Origin: Takakia lepidozioides
Taxonomy: Eukaryota; Plantae; Bryophyta
Direction of reading: 5' to 3'
DNA: 64,000 nt
Assembly: GCA_030704615.1 (NCBI GenBank)
Contig: CM060733.1
Location: 58,714,001 to 58,778,000 of the forward strand
Numbering within the stretch: position 1 is the first letter of the stretch; every line of letters begins with the position of its first letter. A program made the position numbers and the translations under genes. The notes beneath the pieces were generated by a model. The model was not told where the DNA came from. It ran no database searches and saw nothing but the letters and a program-made list of their open reading frames with translations. Of this stretch, positions 39,050 through 53,814 are shown in pieces.

Positions 39050-40290
39050 TGTATGGCCAATATGCAATCCGGTGGTACAAGCTTCCGGAGGGTACACTAC
39101 CATATTGGGTGAAATCTAAGATTTCTCCCTTGACGAAGAATTCATACGAACAACCTTCCCAAGGGATACCAATGAAACTTGAACGGAAACGAACAACTCT
39201 CCGGAAGGGACCTATTGATGCAAAGATATTTTGCAATATGGAATGTTGCAGGCACAACCTTCCAGACAGTACACCGCCATGTTGGGTAAAATGTAAGATA
39301 TCTCCGTTGGTGAAGAATTCATACAAACAACCTTTTGGAAGGAATACCGATAAAACTTGAATGGAACATAAGAACATCCCAAATAACCTTATGGTAGGTA
39401 ACTCAACCACTTAATGGAAGGATCAACCCTCCCAAATGAAACTATTGATGTATGGTTTATTTTTCAATCGAGAACGGAACAATCTTCCGGTGAAAAACTA
39501 TTGTGGCATGGATATTTTGTCATTCAGTAGAATGTTGCAAGAACAACCTTGCGGAAGGTACATGGGAAAATGTAAGATTTCTCCCTTGATATACAGACAA
39601 CCTTCCAACGGGTAACCCAGAAAGTTGACACTGAATTGAACAACCGTTCAGAAGGAAACTATTGGTCCCTAATTTTTGGGCAATCTGGATTGTAGGCCCA
39701 ACCTTCCGGCTGATAACCCCGAAATTTAAAAATGAATGGAACAACCTTCCGGAAGGATACTATTGGTGCATGGATTTTTTTGCAATCTGGATTGTTGCAT
39801 GAACAACCTTCCGACAGATATCCCAAAAACTTGGAAGTGAGTGGAACAAGCCTCCGGAAGGAAAACAATTAATGTGAACATATTTTTTGGGGAATCTGGA
39901 TTGCAAGCACAACCTTCCGGTAGGTAACCCCGAAACTTAAAAATAAATTGAACAATTTTCCGGAAAGATACTATTGGTGGATGGATTTTTTGCAATATGG
40001 ATTGTTGCAGGAACATCCTTCCGACGGGTATCCCAAAAACTTGGAAGTGAATGGAACAACTCTCCGCAAGGAAAACAGTTAATAGGAATATGTTTTTTGG
40101 GCAATCTGGTTTGCAGGCACAACCTTCCGGCACGTAACATGTAAACTTAAAAATGAATTGATCACCCTTCCGGAAGCATGTACTATTGGTGCATGGAATT
40201 TCTTACAATCTGGAATGTTGTAGGAACAACCTTCCGGCGGGTAACCCAACAACTTGAAAATGGAAAGAACAACCTTCCAGAAGGTTGGGT
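39050..40290. repeat. Degenerate tandem array, ~105-bp units in a ~210-bp higher-order repeat, core CAACCTTCCGGAAGG
   Basis: Homologous blocks start at ~39701, ~39911 and ~40121, with the core motif every ~45-60 bp. Confidence 0.85.
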
Positions 40291-43200
40291 GATATGTTTG
40301 TCCAATGTGTGCAATGCTATGAAGCACCTTCACAGAGGTAATAAATGGGGATTTGTAGATGGAACAACTTTCAATAAGGAAAAAGCATTGATAGAAGTGT
40401 ACTTTTGGCCTCTTCAAAAAATATTGTGAACAACTGTCATTTTTTGGAATCAATTAGTTGTAGAATGAAAAACTTAATATGAACGATGCTATGCATATGA
40501 ACATTTTGGAGAAACAACAATTCTCATAGTGTTCAACAACAAGACTTGTATTCATCATAATAGTGTAATCCATCACAAAGTATCAATCCATGAATTATAG
40601 TTTATATACCATGTCTTGTTGTTGTAATTAAACCATCCACTAGTGTTGTCTATGCCGTACCAGATTGCGAGATGCAATATTGTCACCCAAACTAGTTCTC
40701 CACTGTTCAATTGTAGCATAGCCCATGCTACCTAATTGTTCACGGAAAAGGGTAATTCCGGTACAAGAACGGGTGCGACGAGAACATCGATGAACACGAG
40801 TAGCAGGCTTCACTACAGGTGTAGAAACTGGAGGTTGAATATGAATCTGCGTTGATGGGTCATCTCCAGTACCCTATGACATAACCGAGTCGTTGATGAC
40901 CGAGTCAATCACAATATTGACATTCACCATCTCCTCATGGATAACCTCATCCTCATGAATATCCATGTCATCCTCATTATCATCATCCTCGTTAAGCTCA
41001 TCCTTTGCAATATCTGCCAATGTCCGTATGTCATGGTTCGGGCTCGAGTGTGGAGCTGGATCACTGTCAGTGGAAGTGACAAGAATATAACTGCAAGAAG
41101 GGTTAGTGCAGGCTAAGGTGGTTCAGTTTGGACGTCACACTGCAGTTTTTTAGTGAGTGTTCTTCATATTATCTGTAACATTGTGCAAATAAGTTTATCT
41201 TCATCCCAAATGAGATTGAATGTTACTAGCTATCTACCGTATTTACATGTTGGTACGATTATTTGCAAGTCAGATGATTTTTCATGGAGCTATGAACTAT
41301 TTAGGACTTGCACTCTGGGCTATCCTTGGGCTATCACATTCCCAGTTTGTCCACAATTGGACTTTCAAATACTAACTTGCACTTAGTCATTTTATACATG
41401 GACCCCGAATATAAATTACCGTTAAGAAATAAGAGACATGGATGAATTTGTAGACAATTTCATGAATTTGTTAGTGTGCTATGGACTTTTATATACCTCC
41501 AAACATACCCACAATTTCAAAAGTCCATGTTATTCAACAAATTTCAAATTTGGGTAGAACTCTTCGATGACAATATAAAGATTGTCATTATCTACAAGTC
41601 TATATAACTAGATAGACAAATGTCATATATAATGAGGTACCTACAAATTAGTTATTTTTAAGATTATGAGATAATATTTTTAATAAAAAAATATCTCAGA
41701 TATTTAGGATTGACCCCTTTACTAAAAATATTAGACACATCATTATCTATCAATGTAAATATATATTTGAATAAAAACATAAATTAATATTTTGCCCATG
41801 GATTTTCATGGAGGTCAGATCTGCCGTTTTTGAGCCACCTGATCTTGCACTCACTCTGAAGCGGATGATGGGGACTCTCAGGAAGATGATTGGTCTCTTA
41901 AGGATGAGAACCTCGAACATTCACAAGAGGGGAATTTTGAGGAACACGAGGAAAATGTATATTTTCTTCATAATTGGGACCAAGAATTAGAGACGGAAAA
42001 AGATGATTCATGGGAGCAAGATGGTCCATATTCATGGCTTGCCCATCTGGATCTTCATCACCATGAGCCAGGTGATTATCATCCGACAAAGAAAAACTAC
42101 CATCACTCCCATAAAAAATTGACAAACCTTTCTTATGTTTATAGGCCTTTACTGCCTTTCTTGTGTTTTCCTCTCTTGCACCCGTAGTTAAGTCTCCATT
42201 TGATCATAGCTTTGGAAACATAAGATTCCACAAACTCATCTCTGTCTTGTTCCCACTTGCAATAATATTTCAATACATTATGCATTGCACTACAAATCAA
42301 TGGGTACATACATAGATAATATATACTACACATTATTGATATATATAAATATAAACAACATTCAACAAGCAAAAGCAAAAACATGTCGTATCCATATCAA
42401 TGCTGCCAAGAAACTGTATGATAATGAGACCAATAATTTGGGACTACCGCCGGATTACATGGATCCGTTCTTGGTAAAGGTGCTCGAGATGGATTTGTTG
42501 CAGGCCACATGTTTATCAAGTTGGGGAGATCGTGATTTGAGGTTCAACAAAATTCGAGTGTTGAGGGAAGCACAGAATCACGCTTACATGCTGGATCCCT
42601 CCAAAAAATTGAAGAAGTCATCACATCCCAAAACCTTGCAGCGCTAGATGCGAAATGCTTGGAGTAAACATGCATATGACGACAACTTTGATTACTGCAC
42701 AGAAACATTACAACTCGTCTTTGAATACCATCAACAGGAGAGAAAGCGTTGGAGGTATATTTAACAAGATCTGTCATTGTACGGATGTCGTTTCTTTGAC
42801 TCTTCTCAGGTTCTAGAGGTGTGTCAAATCTCACTCTAGGTCTCCTAGATTTGCTAACAGACAACTGGAACCCATGACCTTTACGAGCAAAATGATAATT
42901 GAAACTATCTTTCTTGCTGTAGCCTGTCTTAGGCCATTTGGCACAGATCAAACAATAATATTTCTCTGTCTCATTGTCTTGCTCATAATAGATACATTTC
43001 TCATTGATCTGCATCGTCATCACTACACATTCCACAAAGCACAACCTTCTTGAATGAAATACTAAGCTTTGAAAACATAAGAAATAAATTACTGAGTGAT
43101 TGTATCTTCTTAGCTTATGCATATCCTGTCTTTTCCATAGCTGCAATACATTATTGGATAAAATAATTATGTAACATGCAAGCTTAGTCCTCCCTTTAGA

Positions 43201-44232
43201 AAATGATTGATTCATGGACCCGTCTCATTACAAACCAATGGAAAGAGCATTTGGTTTCATTAGGGTTTCACTAGAGTTTTAGAAATGCATAAAAATATCA
43301 TGAACACAACCTTCCCGAAGAAAATGTTCATCCTGACCACCTATATCATAAGTGGATGAAATAAGAGTGCTTAAGAAAAAGAAGAGTAAGAAAGAAATGA
43401 CCATATACTACATTAACTACATGGAACTACATATATGGTTCTAAAATGAACCAAAATCACATGGGTATAAACATTTTTGAAGATTTAGTTATTTTGGAAT
43501 GCATTATGAAGTCCATAGAAGCTTAGACATAAACTGATTTGATGACCTTTAAAAGCTTAGACATAAGCTTTGTTAATGTAATATGACTATTATTCAGCAG
43601 CCACATGAAAAACAAATTAATGAAGTGAAATGAAATGACATAAGACATACCTCAAAATGTTGTTAAGATGATAAATTTTGTAGTGATTTCTCTCCAGCTT
43701 TTGTCCTCCTTAGCTTTGTTTTCATGTAGCACTAACGACACAGCTCCCGCCTCCTCCAATCACACTCACACTCCATGAAATTAAAATTCTAACCTTATTT
43801 TTTTTCTCACCCTAAACCCTAACGCTTTTCTTCTCTTTGAGCATGAACGGCGCAGCACCCTCCCTGTAGGGGAGTAGGGTGAGGACGGGCTAGACGGATG
43901 GTGGCAGCTAGGGCCGGGGTTGGCCCGGTGCAGGCGGGCCCGCCAAGAGTGCCCCAAGCCTGGGCGAGTAGGTTGGGGCGGGGACTGGCAGGTGTTGGTG
44001 GGCTCGCCAATAGCCCATGGTTTGCGAGTTTTGTCACTTTGGCCCCAAGATTGTGCCATTTTGGCTTGTGCAAGGTGTCGCGGGCCTGACACACGTGCCC
44101 TAGGAGCGTGTGAAACCCCGGTAGAGGGGCAGGTGAGGGAACAAAGGAACCAGCGTCATTACGACGTGGCTACTGAAAATTCACGGGCGCTAAATACCAG
44201 TGTTGTGCGGGTAAATAGATTTTGTTTTACCT
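39050..44232 (-). mobile_element. Putative unclassified DNA transposon (MULE-like right end) with a decayed zinc-finger gene
   Basis: GC-rich block with a telo-box (~43810). Right end reads GAGGTAAAACAAATCTATTTACCC on the minus strand. ORF 42544-43215 has CLIC-x14-H-x5-H. Acidic exon-like pieces at ~40880-41090 and 41900-42125. The core repeat motif recurs at ~43308. No matching left TIR or TSD was found. Confidence 0.4.
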
Positions 44233-45049
44233 CTGGGTCAGAATAAATATAACCCTTAACTTCTTACAAGGTGATATTTTTCACTCCCAAAAACTACTAC
44301 TCCTTGGAACTAAGGGGAGGCTACCCACCTACCAGCACTCATCCACAAAAATTAACCATACACATACATAGCCTGATCAGTAAGAATCGTGGAGTTGGCT
44401 TGCATTGAAAGAATTATTTGTTCCATGGACAACAGTTCAAACACTTCAAGGTACAAGTGAAAAGTTTGAAAGATGTACGAATCTTACTTGAGTTAAATTT
44501 ATAATTTCAAAACATTATGTTTTTCACAATCTATGATCTTTACAGATGGAAAAAATCTAACATGAACTGATTTGTTGCAAGGGGACATAATTGAAATACC
44601 CGCAGTCTATCTCTCCTTATGGCCAAGTGATGGGACTTCCAAGGTATAGATTTTCTACATATTTTTTATATTATTTTAATATGCATTTGATATATAATAC
44701 AATGACACAAACGTTGTGGTATATTTATTGATAAAGTGTGCATATTCCATTTGAATACAAATTTCAATATGATTGGTGGGGTGGAGAATAGCAAGTGGAG
44801 CAAGTTCAATTCATGGAGCAAGATCAAACCAAGAAACATGATGTGTGCATGTATAATCTTGAAAATTACTCAGTTGTTTAGTGATTTGTTTTGTATGTAT
44901 AATATGTGAAATGGCTTTTTTTCTAAATCCCTAGGGTACCGTCTCCATTTCATCACCCATTAAAAAACATTAATTTGAATTTTAGTACTTTTAAAGAGCT
45001 GTCACGATCATTTGATGGTCGCCGTCGGCACGACGATAGTGGGATGACC

Positions 45050-46030
45050 GCGAGAAGACGGGACCTCTAGAGCTGGTGGTCTTGATTTATTACATATTTT
45101 TAAAAAATCGGGACCGCCAAAGCTGGAGGTCCTGATTTATTAATATGATTTTTAAGATCAGGACCGCCAACTCCAACGGTCCAACTCCAAAGTTGGCGGT
45201 TGGAGGTCCCAATTTATTAAATATTATTTTGAAAATTCATAACACCAGGGCTAGCCGTCTCGAAGTGTCAAAAAAATATTTAATAATTGGGGACCCTCAA
45301 CTCTGACAGTCCTAATTTTTTTTTAAACATATTCAATAAATTAGGACAACCAGCTCTAGCGATCTTGAATTATCAAAAAAATGACTTTTAAATCTTTTCT
45401 TAATAAGATGAGATAGCTCTAGCCGACGGCAAGCCGTAATGGCCAGAGCTATCATTCCCAATTTCTGTAATTTTTAAATTAATTATATAAAAGATCCTCA
45501 TAGGTACCGGTCCAATTTTGTTTTTCAATTTATTAAATTCGGGACCACCAAAGGTGGTGGTCTTGTTTTTTCTAATTTTTAATTTTAAAATATTAAATTC
45601 GGGACCGCCAAAGGTGTTGGTCGATTTTTTTTAAATATTTTAATATATTTATTAAATTTGGAACCGCCAGTGGTGACGGTTACGATTTTTTTATTTTTTT
45701 ATTTTTTCATTAAATATGGGACCGCCAGTGATGACGACTACGATTTTTTTAATTTTTAATTGTTTTCATTAAATGTGGGACCGCCTAAACGGGCGGTCCC
45801 GATTGTTTTAGTTTTCTTATTTATTATAATTAGATTTCGGACCGCTTGAGCTTATAGTTTTTTTTAATTAATTTCAGAAATTCCTTATTTTATCCAGAAA
45901 AAACAAATATAAAATCGGAACCGCTTGAGCTGGCGGTTTATTTTTATTATATATATCTATAAACATGAGGATCATCAGAGCTAGCGGTCTCGAATTTATT
46001 AAATAATTTCTTAAAATTCAAAACCGCGAG
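45050..46030. repeat. Array of GGGACCGCC..GGCGGTCCC palindromes with AT-rich spacers (transposon subterminal-type repeats)
   Basis: For example 45110, 45541, 45601, 45661, 45718, 45777 (gggaccgcctaaacgggcggtcccg); period ~60 bp. Confidence 0.8.
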
Positions 46031-46208
46031 ATTTTGTAAAAGCTATGTCATTTGCACAAAGTATTCGAGGCTGCATAGTATTAGCCAACCTTAAACCGTA
46101 CTATGTCTTGTCACTTTGTCTCATTGTTCATTTTGTTTCTCTAAGGCAGACCTTCCACTCTTCTCAGCGGCCTTCCACGTTTGTATTCTTGCATTTTTTC
46201 CAGTAGCA

Positions 46209-46781
46209 ATGGAATATGTTGACCTGTACATATTTGCAGAAGTTTCAAGACACGTATTGCTGAAATTATGGAGAATGGGCTCGAACTCTACAGCACAATA
46301 TACGTTGAAGATATGCAATTGTATCTGTTATCCATGGTGCAGGTGTATGCAGGGCAAGACAAAACGTGGACTTATTATGTAAACGAATGGGTACGCACCT
46401 TAATCGTGGAGTTGGGTGGAATACACCTACACCATGGACGAAGACGATCAGAAAGTTGTCATCATCATTCATGTGCAGCTGGACTTCGTTGACATGGTGG
46501 TATTTCGAACGTATAAGATCATACATTCACGTTACGATGACATGTCTATGGAGTGGAAAGTGCACATCACAATGTCGAAACCATTGGTGCATAACGTTCT
46601 CGGTAGCTCAAGGGGGGAGTCGGAGATATATCTCACCTCGCAACCGCAAGATCTTATTGGTAATCTCACTCCCATTGTGGCCAGGCGCATCTGGATGATG
46701 GACCATTGCATTGACTACTCCAAACCTATGCAAATGGGTATTGTAGTGAGAGCTAATGAATTTGTTGGCAGGATGGCATAG
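46209..46781 (+). pseudogene. Frameshifted orphan ORF next to the palindrome array
   Basis: ORFs 46268-46492 and 46416-46781 join through a frameshift near 46418 into a protein-like sequence; family not recognised. Confidence 0.35.
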
Positions 46782-48299
46782 TCCGGTTACCAATCCAGGA
46801 GATGTCATGATATCGAACACTCCTGTTCTGCGATCTCGGTTTCTTGAGGCTTCAAATGAGGAGCAAGAATTATGCTATTCCGTGAACCTACAAGTGTGAC
46901 CTTGAGAACTATGAGCATGCATTGGTGAGCATAGGCTCACGGATGAAATAACCCCATATTACCGCGGATCTAATACTGAATACTTGAAGACCTATAACGT
47001 GTAGACTTACAACAAAAGAACACCCTATTCTAGCGGATTTTTTTTGTTTTTCACATAAAGGTCCAACTATAACCGTGCACCGAGACATGATTCTAGTCAA
47101 TTACTGCGATTTACACAATCATTGTAAAGAGTGGATTTTGCATATGAAACACTCTTTTTTTGCATATCCAAGTAATCACCCTCCTCCCTCACAATGTTTT
47201 GTACCCCAATCATTCTTAATCTCTAGGGTGTACATTGTGACTGGAGGTGCATCAAATTTCCAAGCCATAAGAAATTTTGGTTCCGCCTTGAGCCGACCAT
47301 CAGGTCCAAGAACAAATCTCATGTACCTGAATAATAAGAAAACCAACAAGAGTTGTAACAAATTATTATTCTACAACCACACAAAAATATTTGAATTGTA
47401 TGCATAGTTGAATAAACCAGAATTGATGGATATATATGATAACACCTAAAGAGAATCCATCTGACTGTTTTTTCTTTCATAACTTGCTGCTCCCAATTAT
47501 TGTCCCGAAAATGGTCTTTTTGACAAATATAACTCTCTATGGAACAACTCATTGAAATGAGACATCTTCCATGTGTCAATATAGTCTCCCAAACTCTCAC
47601 CCTCACTTCCTCCAAAGCAATATGGAATTGGCCAGACTGGGTGGTATTGTCAACCATTAATGCTCATCATTAACGATTGCATACTTAATTATGGTTCGTG
47701 GTAGACAGAGCTAGGTTAGGTCCCGAAGGCGCCGCCCAGCCCCAAGGGTGCTGCTACTGTGGATTATAATTTTTCTATGTTATAAATGTTTGCGTTTGTA
47801 ATTTGTAACCAACAGTTAGTACTAACTCATTGACGTATTTACGAAAACAATAGTCCCGAAATCAGTAATGCGAATGTATAATTACCCTCGATATAAAAGG
47901 TTATGGTTATTTTAGAGGAGAAATATTCTAGTATAAATATTAATTATTCAGTAAACAACAACAAATTAATTTCAATTAATCAACTTTATTATTTATTTAT
48001 TTATTAAATAATTTTATGTATATATTTAAATTTAAAAGATAGGGATATTGATTTACTTAGTTTTAACTAGTCCCCATTAATTTATGTGAGTCAAGAATAG
48101 ATAAGCAATTAGATCATTCTAAAAAAAAATCAGCCCGACAAACAATATTAATATAACCAAAATAAAAGAAGAGAATAAAAACCAACTACAGGATAGCAGT
48201 GTGGCTATTGGAATTTGAAACCCCAACCTCGAATGCGCGAATGAAATCACTAACTGATAAGTCCCTCAAGTTATATTCAAAACTAACCTTCATATCTAA

Positions 48300-49350
48300 G
48301 TACTTATAGGGCTATTAGAGGATTCTGAACAAATAAGCAAAACTAAGCAAATTGCGGCCGGCAAGAATTGCCCCAATCTCGGAAGTGTAAACTACCAGAC
48401 TAATCTAAAGATGTTGTTAAAAGATGGTTTCTTTTAGTTATTTAAACACAATAGTCAAATCTCACTCTTTAACATGGCCTGACAGTTAGAATTCCATGTT
48501 TTCAAAAATCCGTAAGTCCCTACTAAGTTCTTCAATTCACTTGCTGTAAAACAGAAGCTCTAACCTAAGCTTTACTCAACAAGATCTCGGTATTAGTTTG
48601 TGAATCAAGGTCCATAAAAAGGGTTTAGCTCAAATCGTTCAAACATATATGTCTTTGCCATGGATATGACTAAGTCCCAAATTCTGCTAGCATATACTGC
48701 CTCTTTAGAAATTAATATCTCTTAACCCAGGCAATAATTACTAGAACTATAAACTTTTAGTGCTGTAGTAATCTTAATTTTATGACTCAAAGAAGAATCC
48801 ACTCAGATATCTTACTAGCAGAAGTAAATAGATCAAATCGTATCAGCCAACATAATTCTACATCATAGACTTTTGTTGCTCCAGTTTAAAAACAACTACT
48901 TTCAAAACTTCATATTTTATGATCCCTAGCTCTGATCTGGCTAATCTTAGATCCAATGCAAATTATTAGCCTTATTCTCTGCTATCAACAAGAATTAGCA
49001 TAGAAAGTTTTCAAGAACATATTCTAAAGCAGATTGATTTTGTATAAAAGAAATGAGAACCTTTTCGTACATGAAAAATGACCAAGTCCCCAACATCTGC
49101 AATTGTGTGCCAGTGTAAGAAAAACTGATTTCAAAAATTAATTTCTGTGGATACAAGGCTTTGATTTCACTAATGTCAAGTTCTATTGGGAGAATTATCC
49201 TTATTCTCTGCTATAAAAAAGAACTAGCATGGAAATAGGTCAATAGGACCCCACTACAGCAAATCTATTTTGCCAACAAATGAGCAGAATCCTAAAGCCA
49301 AGGACTTGAAAAGCAAAACAAGAACTGGACGTCCTACTAGCCTTTGCCTA
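48300..49350 (-). mobile_element. Possible very old LINE remnant
   Basis: Short minus-strand peptides such as ENKANNLHWI..LARSELGI resemble the post-RT HW...GLG motif of plant L1 elements; many stops. Confidence 0.25.
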
Positions 49351-49774
49351 GATTAGCGTTACACTTACATTCCGAGAGGGTTGATCAGATCAAGTCATCA
49401 CTTCATTCAATTACGAAGCGGAAAGAACTAGATAAGATTGCAAATCTGGAACAAAATAGTTGTAACTGCAAGTCCATTGCTCACTACTACTGATTCTCTC
49501 TCCATCTTTGTGTTCTCCAACTCCAACGGCTGCCCTCCACCGTGCTCTCTACATTGTGCTAGTCGCTCACTGGAACTCTATCGATCCCGGTTATCAGCGT
49601 CACGTCCGTCCGTCAGCGTCAGGTCACATCAGATCTGACACTAATAGGACCTCCGTCACGTCAGGTTCGGGGAATATTTTGGTAAAAATAGTATTAGGTA
49701 AAATACTGTCACTTAAGCAGTCAGGTTGCCGACAAGGTGGCGGTGGCAAATACATTTTAAAAATTAACAAAATG

Positions 49775-50725
49775 AACGCGACCGCCAATTATGGCGGTCG
49801 CTTTGTTTTCGAAATTTAAAAAAAAATAGCGGTCGCCATAATCGCTTCAACTTATTTTTAAAAAAAACAAGATTGGCGATCGCACTGGCGGTCGCTTTAT
49901 TTTTGAATTTAAAAAAAAATAGCGACCGTTATCTTGGCGGTCGCTTCAATTTTTTTTTTAAATAATAATATCGACGATTGCATTGGCTGTCGCCTAATTT
50001 TAAAAAGAAAACAAGCGACTGCCGTATTGGCGGTCGCATAATTTTGTAAATATGTATACAACAAGCGACCGCCATATGGCGGTCGGATAAAAAAAAAAAC
50101 ATGCGACCGCCATATGGTGATCAGATAATTTCAAAAATACATTAAAAAAAACAGCAACCACCATTGGGCGGTCGCTTAATTTAAAATATATATAGAAAAA
50201 CAAACGACCGCCATATGGTGGTCGGTAAATTTAAAATTATGTAAATAAAACAAGCGACATATGAAAATAAAAGCGACCGCCACACCGGTGGTCGCTTGTT
50301 TTAAAACAGTACAATATTTGCGACCACCAAATCGGCGGTCGCGTCAATTTTAAAATATATATTAAGTTTAAGCGACCGCCAGCCTGGAGGTCGCTTAAAC
50401 TTGAAAGATTAAAAGCAACCGTTTTACTGGCAGTCGCGTTTTAAAAAATATATTAAAAATAAAAACGACCACCATATTGGCGGTCACTTTATTTTAAATA
50501 TATTACCAAATGAAGCAACCGCCATGCCAATAGTCGCATTATATTTTGAAATAAAAAGCAATAACGACTGTCATACGAGCGGTCGCTTAAATTTAAAAAT
50601 ATACAAAATAGAAGTGACCGCAATATTGCACAAAATGAAATGAAATGAAAACGACCGCAGTAGTGGCGGTCGCTTATTTTTCATAAAGAATAGAAATAGC
50701 GACCGTAGTATTAGCGGTCGCTTCA
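49775..50725. repeat. Left palindrome array of the hAT element
   Basis: About 20 degenerate copies of AAGCGACCGCC-N5-6-GGCGGTCGCTT at ~45-55 bp period. Confidence 0.9.
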
Positions 50726-51135
50726 TTTCAAAATTATAACAAATATGGTTGTACAGTTATTTTCGGGTGGGCGCTATTGGTTCGTCATTTATTCATTTCA
50801 CTTTCATTTCACTTTCATCCTTCTTGGATCATATATAAGGGAGGAAGGTCACCAAACTCATCACTTCTTTTGACGCAAACACTTGAGGTTACTTTGGATG
50901 TTTTCTTCCATTGAACGAGAGTATAGCCCAAGAGGAGGGTGCGCACCTTTTGCCGTTGTGGCTTCCACCAAAGCCACTTCAGCAAATTGTGTATAAGCTC
51001 AACATTACAATCCACATCGACCCACTTGGGTTGCTGACAGGTATAGAAGTGTTGGGCTATCGCATTGCACTCTACATTCATAACACGTTCATTTATAGGT
51101 GATTGTTTTTTGTTGCTTACATCGCTAGGGCCCAG

Positions 51136-52880
51136 ATGAGTGGATATTGGGTGAAGATGAGGGAAGAATGAAGACCTTGGTATACGGCAATCCCGAACAC
51201 TGTCAGTGCCACTGGTAGTGTTGAGTGCAACCTATGTGGATTAAAGTTTTTTTATCGTAAGGATCGGTTGCTCGCTCATCTCGGTTATAAAGGTGTGAAT
51301 AGCGTTGGAATGGGTTTATGCCCTAAAGTATCTATGCAGGTAAAAAGCCACTTTACCCAGTGTGAAGGCAATATTCCAATGTCTTTGGATCTGGACATAA
51401 CCTCTGAGCAGAACACTTCATCTTCCTGTTAGGATGCCCCGATTAGTACCCAGGATGATTACGGCAGCAATCCATGCAGGAAGGTCTTAACTTGTCTGCG
51501 AAAAGACAGTTGGATAAAAAATAGGTGTAGTTTTTCTTCGAGACCAACATACAATTTAATGTGGCAAGGCTTCCGGCATTTGTCAGCACTGTTAGAGCAA
51601 CCTCGGAGTCCAGATCCACGTACATGCCTCCGCCTTATCACAATCTCCGCACAGGATTGCTAGAAGACGTCATGACCGAGCTTACCAAAAAGGTCAACGA
51701 TAGGACAGGCGAGTGCATCAGAAAATATGGAAGCACTATATGTTCCGATGGTTGGAGTTCTATAACAAACAGACCGTTGCTCAATGTCATGCTCGTATGT
51801 GCAGCTGGGGAACAATTCTTGGGATCAGTCGACACTAGCGGCGAGAAGAAAGATGGACGTTATCAATGCCAACTATTGACGGACTTTATCGAACAGGTAT
51901 GAAGTGATAGAATCGTGCAAATATGCACAGATAATGTCGCTAACATGAGAAACACTGCAGACATGTTGTTGGCACGTTATCCCCATATGTACTATCAAGG
52001 TTGTGCTGCTTATATCCTTGATCTCCTTTTGGAAAATTGGGGAAAAGAACAGTGGATGAAACAACTTGTCAAAGCGAGCGAAGACTGTTGTGTCGTTCAT
52101 CCGCACACACCACATCCATTTGACAATATATAGGAGGCATGAACCCAAATACAGCCTCCGCAATCCAGGCGAAACTCGTTTTGTCATTAACTTCTTGATG
52201 GTGGATCGGTTGGTGACGGTGAAAAACAGTCTGAAGCACACCATCATCGATCCTCAATATGATGCGTACACACGGACATTGCGGGACTCCAGAAAAACCA
52301 AGTTATTGGGCAAAAGTTGAAAAAATTCGAAATAACATTCGCAGCGATGATTTCTGGAAGAAATGTGAAAATTTTGTTAATATGGTAGAGCCGGTGTTAA
52401 TCGTCTTGCGGAAATTTGATGGAAAACAACCAGTAATAGGCAAGGCATGGTTGAGAAACACGTCCAATCCTTGAGGCATCATCTCTTCTCCTTGGAACCT
52501 GAATTTGCGGACAGTGCTGAGGATGCATTTCACGACCGTCGTACGATGGTTCGAACGGATTTGCATTATGCGGGGGCTTTGCTCAATCCATTCTTGCTCG
52601 ACAATATCATGCTCCGAAACAACGCTGATGTTAAGGCCGGCCTCGTGCGAGTGTTCATACGACTGGCTCCGCCGAACCATGCAGAGAGAGCTATATCTGA
52701 ATACCAATGCTTCTTAGATCGCCGCGACCCTTTTGAGGACATGCCGGATCCAAAAGAGCTCAATATGTTGCCACATTAATGGTGGGATCTAATTGGAGTT
52801 GGAGCAAGAACATTGGCTCCCATCGAAGCGTATTCTTGCTCAAGCGTGCTCTGTCTCATCTTGCGAACGCAATTGGAGCG
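51136..52880 (+). pseudogene. hAT transposase pseudogene
   Basis: BED finger VECNLCGLKF...RLLAHL; CSDGWSSITNRPLLNVM; QICTDNVANM; GCAAYILDLLLE; GETRF; C-terminal dimerisation motif LAQACSVSSCERNWS. Several stops and frameshifts. Confidence 0.92.
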
Positions 52881-53814
52881 AGCGATGTACGCAACCCTGT
52901 TCATACAAACGATGGTGTCGAACCCATTGTACATTTGACAGGACGAAATCATGCCTCACCGATACGACCAGCTCCACCACAATGTCAAAACCGATCCAGC
53001 TCCCCATCAACACAGCGGGCATTAAGGAGCAACAAGGTTGATATGTTTTCCACACGCACGCATCATTCAGCTACATTGGACCGGGTGGAAGTTGAAGCCT
53101 CAGATGATGACAATCTGTCACTACATTTTTATCTTAACCGACGTGTTGCGCAGCAGATCCATGATTCCTCACATGTCGGACCATCTAATGTCGGTCCATC
53201 TCGGGCAGACCCTCCTCCGGTACCTCCTTCGAGACCACCTTCGATTGCGTCCCAAGTCCATAAACGACAGAGAACAGTCCAACCTTCTGTAGGCGATCGG
53301 CCCACAAATAGGCTAGATACTGTGGATGGTATTCAAGACCGGAGTGGGAGTCAACCTTAGAGATAACTAAATGTGGTTTGAGGTCGCTTGCAGATTCAAA
53401 GGCCTGGACATATGAGGTCGGATAGGGAGGACGATTCTAGCACTGATCATGGTAATGGTGGTGAAGTCGAGGGTGACCCGGATTTTCAACCCATCGAAGC
53501 ATTAAGATTAGGATTTTCTTCATCTCGCCGTCGAAGCAGTAGAAGGAATTGAAGCAAAACAGCTGTAGGCATGCATCAGCACATTTTAATGAACATGTTT
53601 ATATTTCTGTAGTGAAGTAATACCAGTGTGATCATTGTCACTATGAGTATTTATATTGCTGTTGTGTATGTGTTGAAAAGTTGTCCACGTGTATACCAGC
53701 CAAAATGTTGGCCAAATGCACAGTCACTTGCTCATATTTGTGTTCGGTGATTTGCTTGTGGAATGGAGAACAATTGTGTCATGCTTCCAACTCTGCATTC
53801 ATTTTTATTTTAAT

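Noticed and set aside
38988-40453. ORFs of 104-140 aa with internal repeats, and similar ORFs at 53993-55469
   Set aside because: Translations of non-coding tandem arrays.
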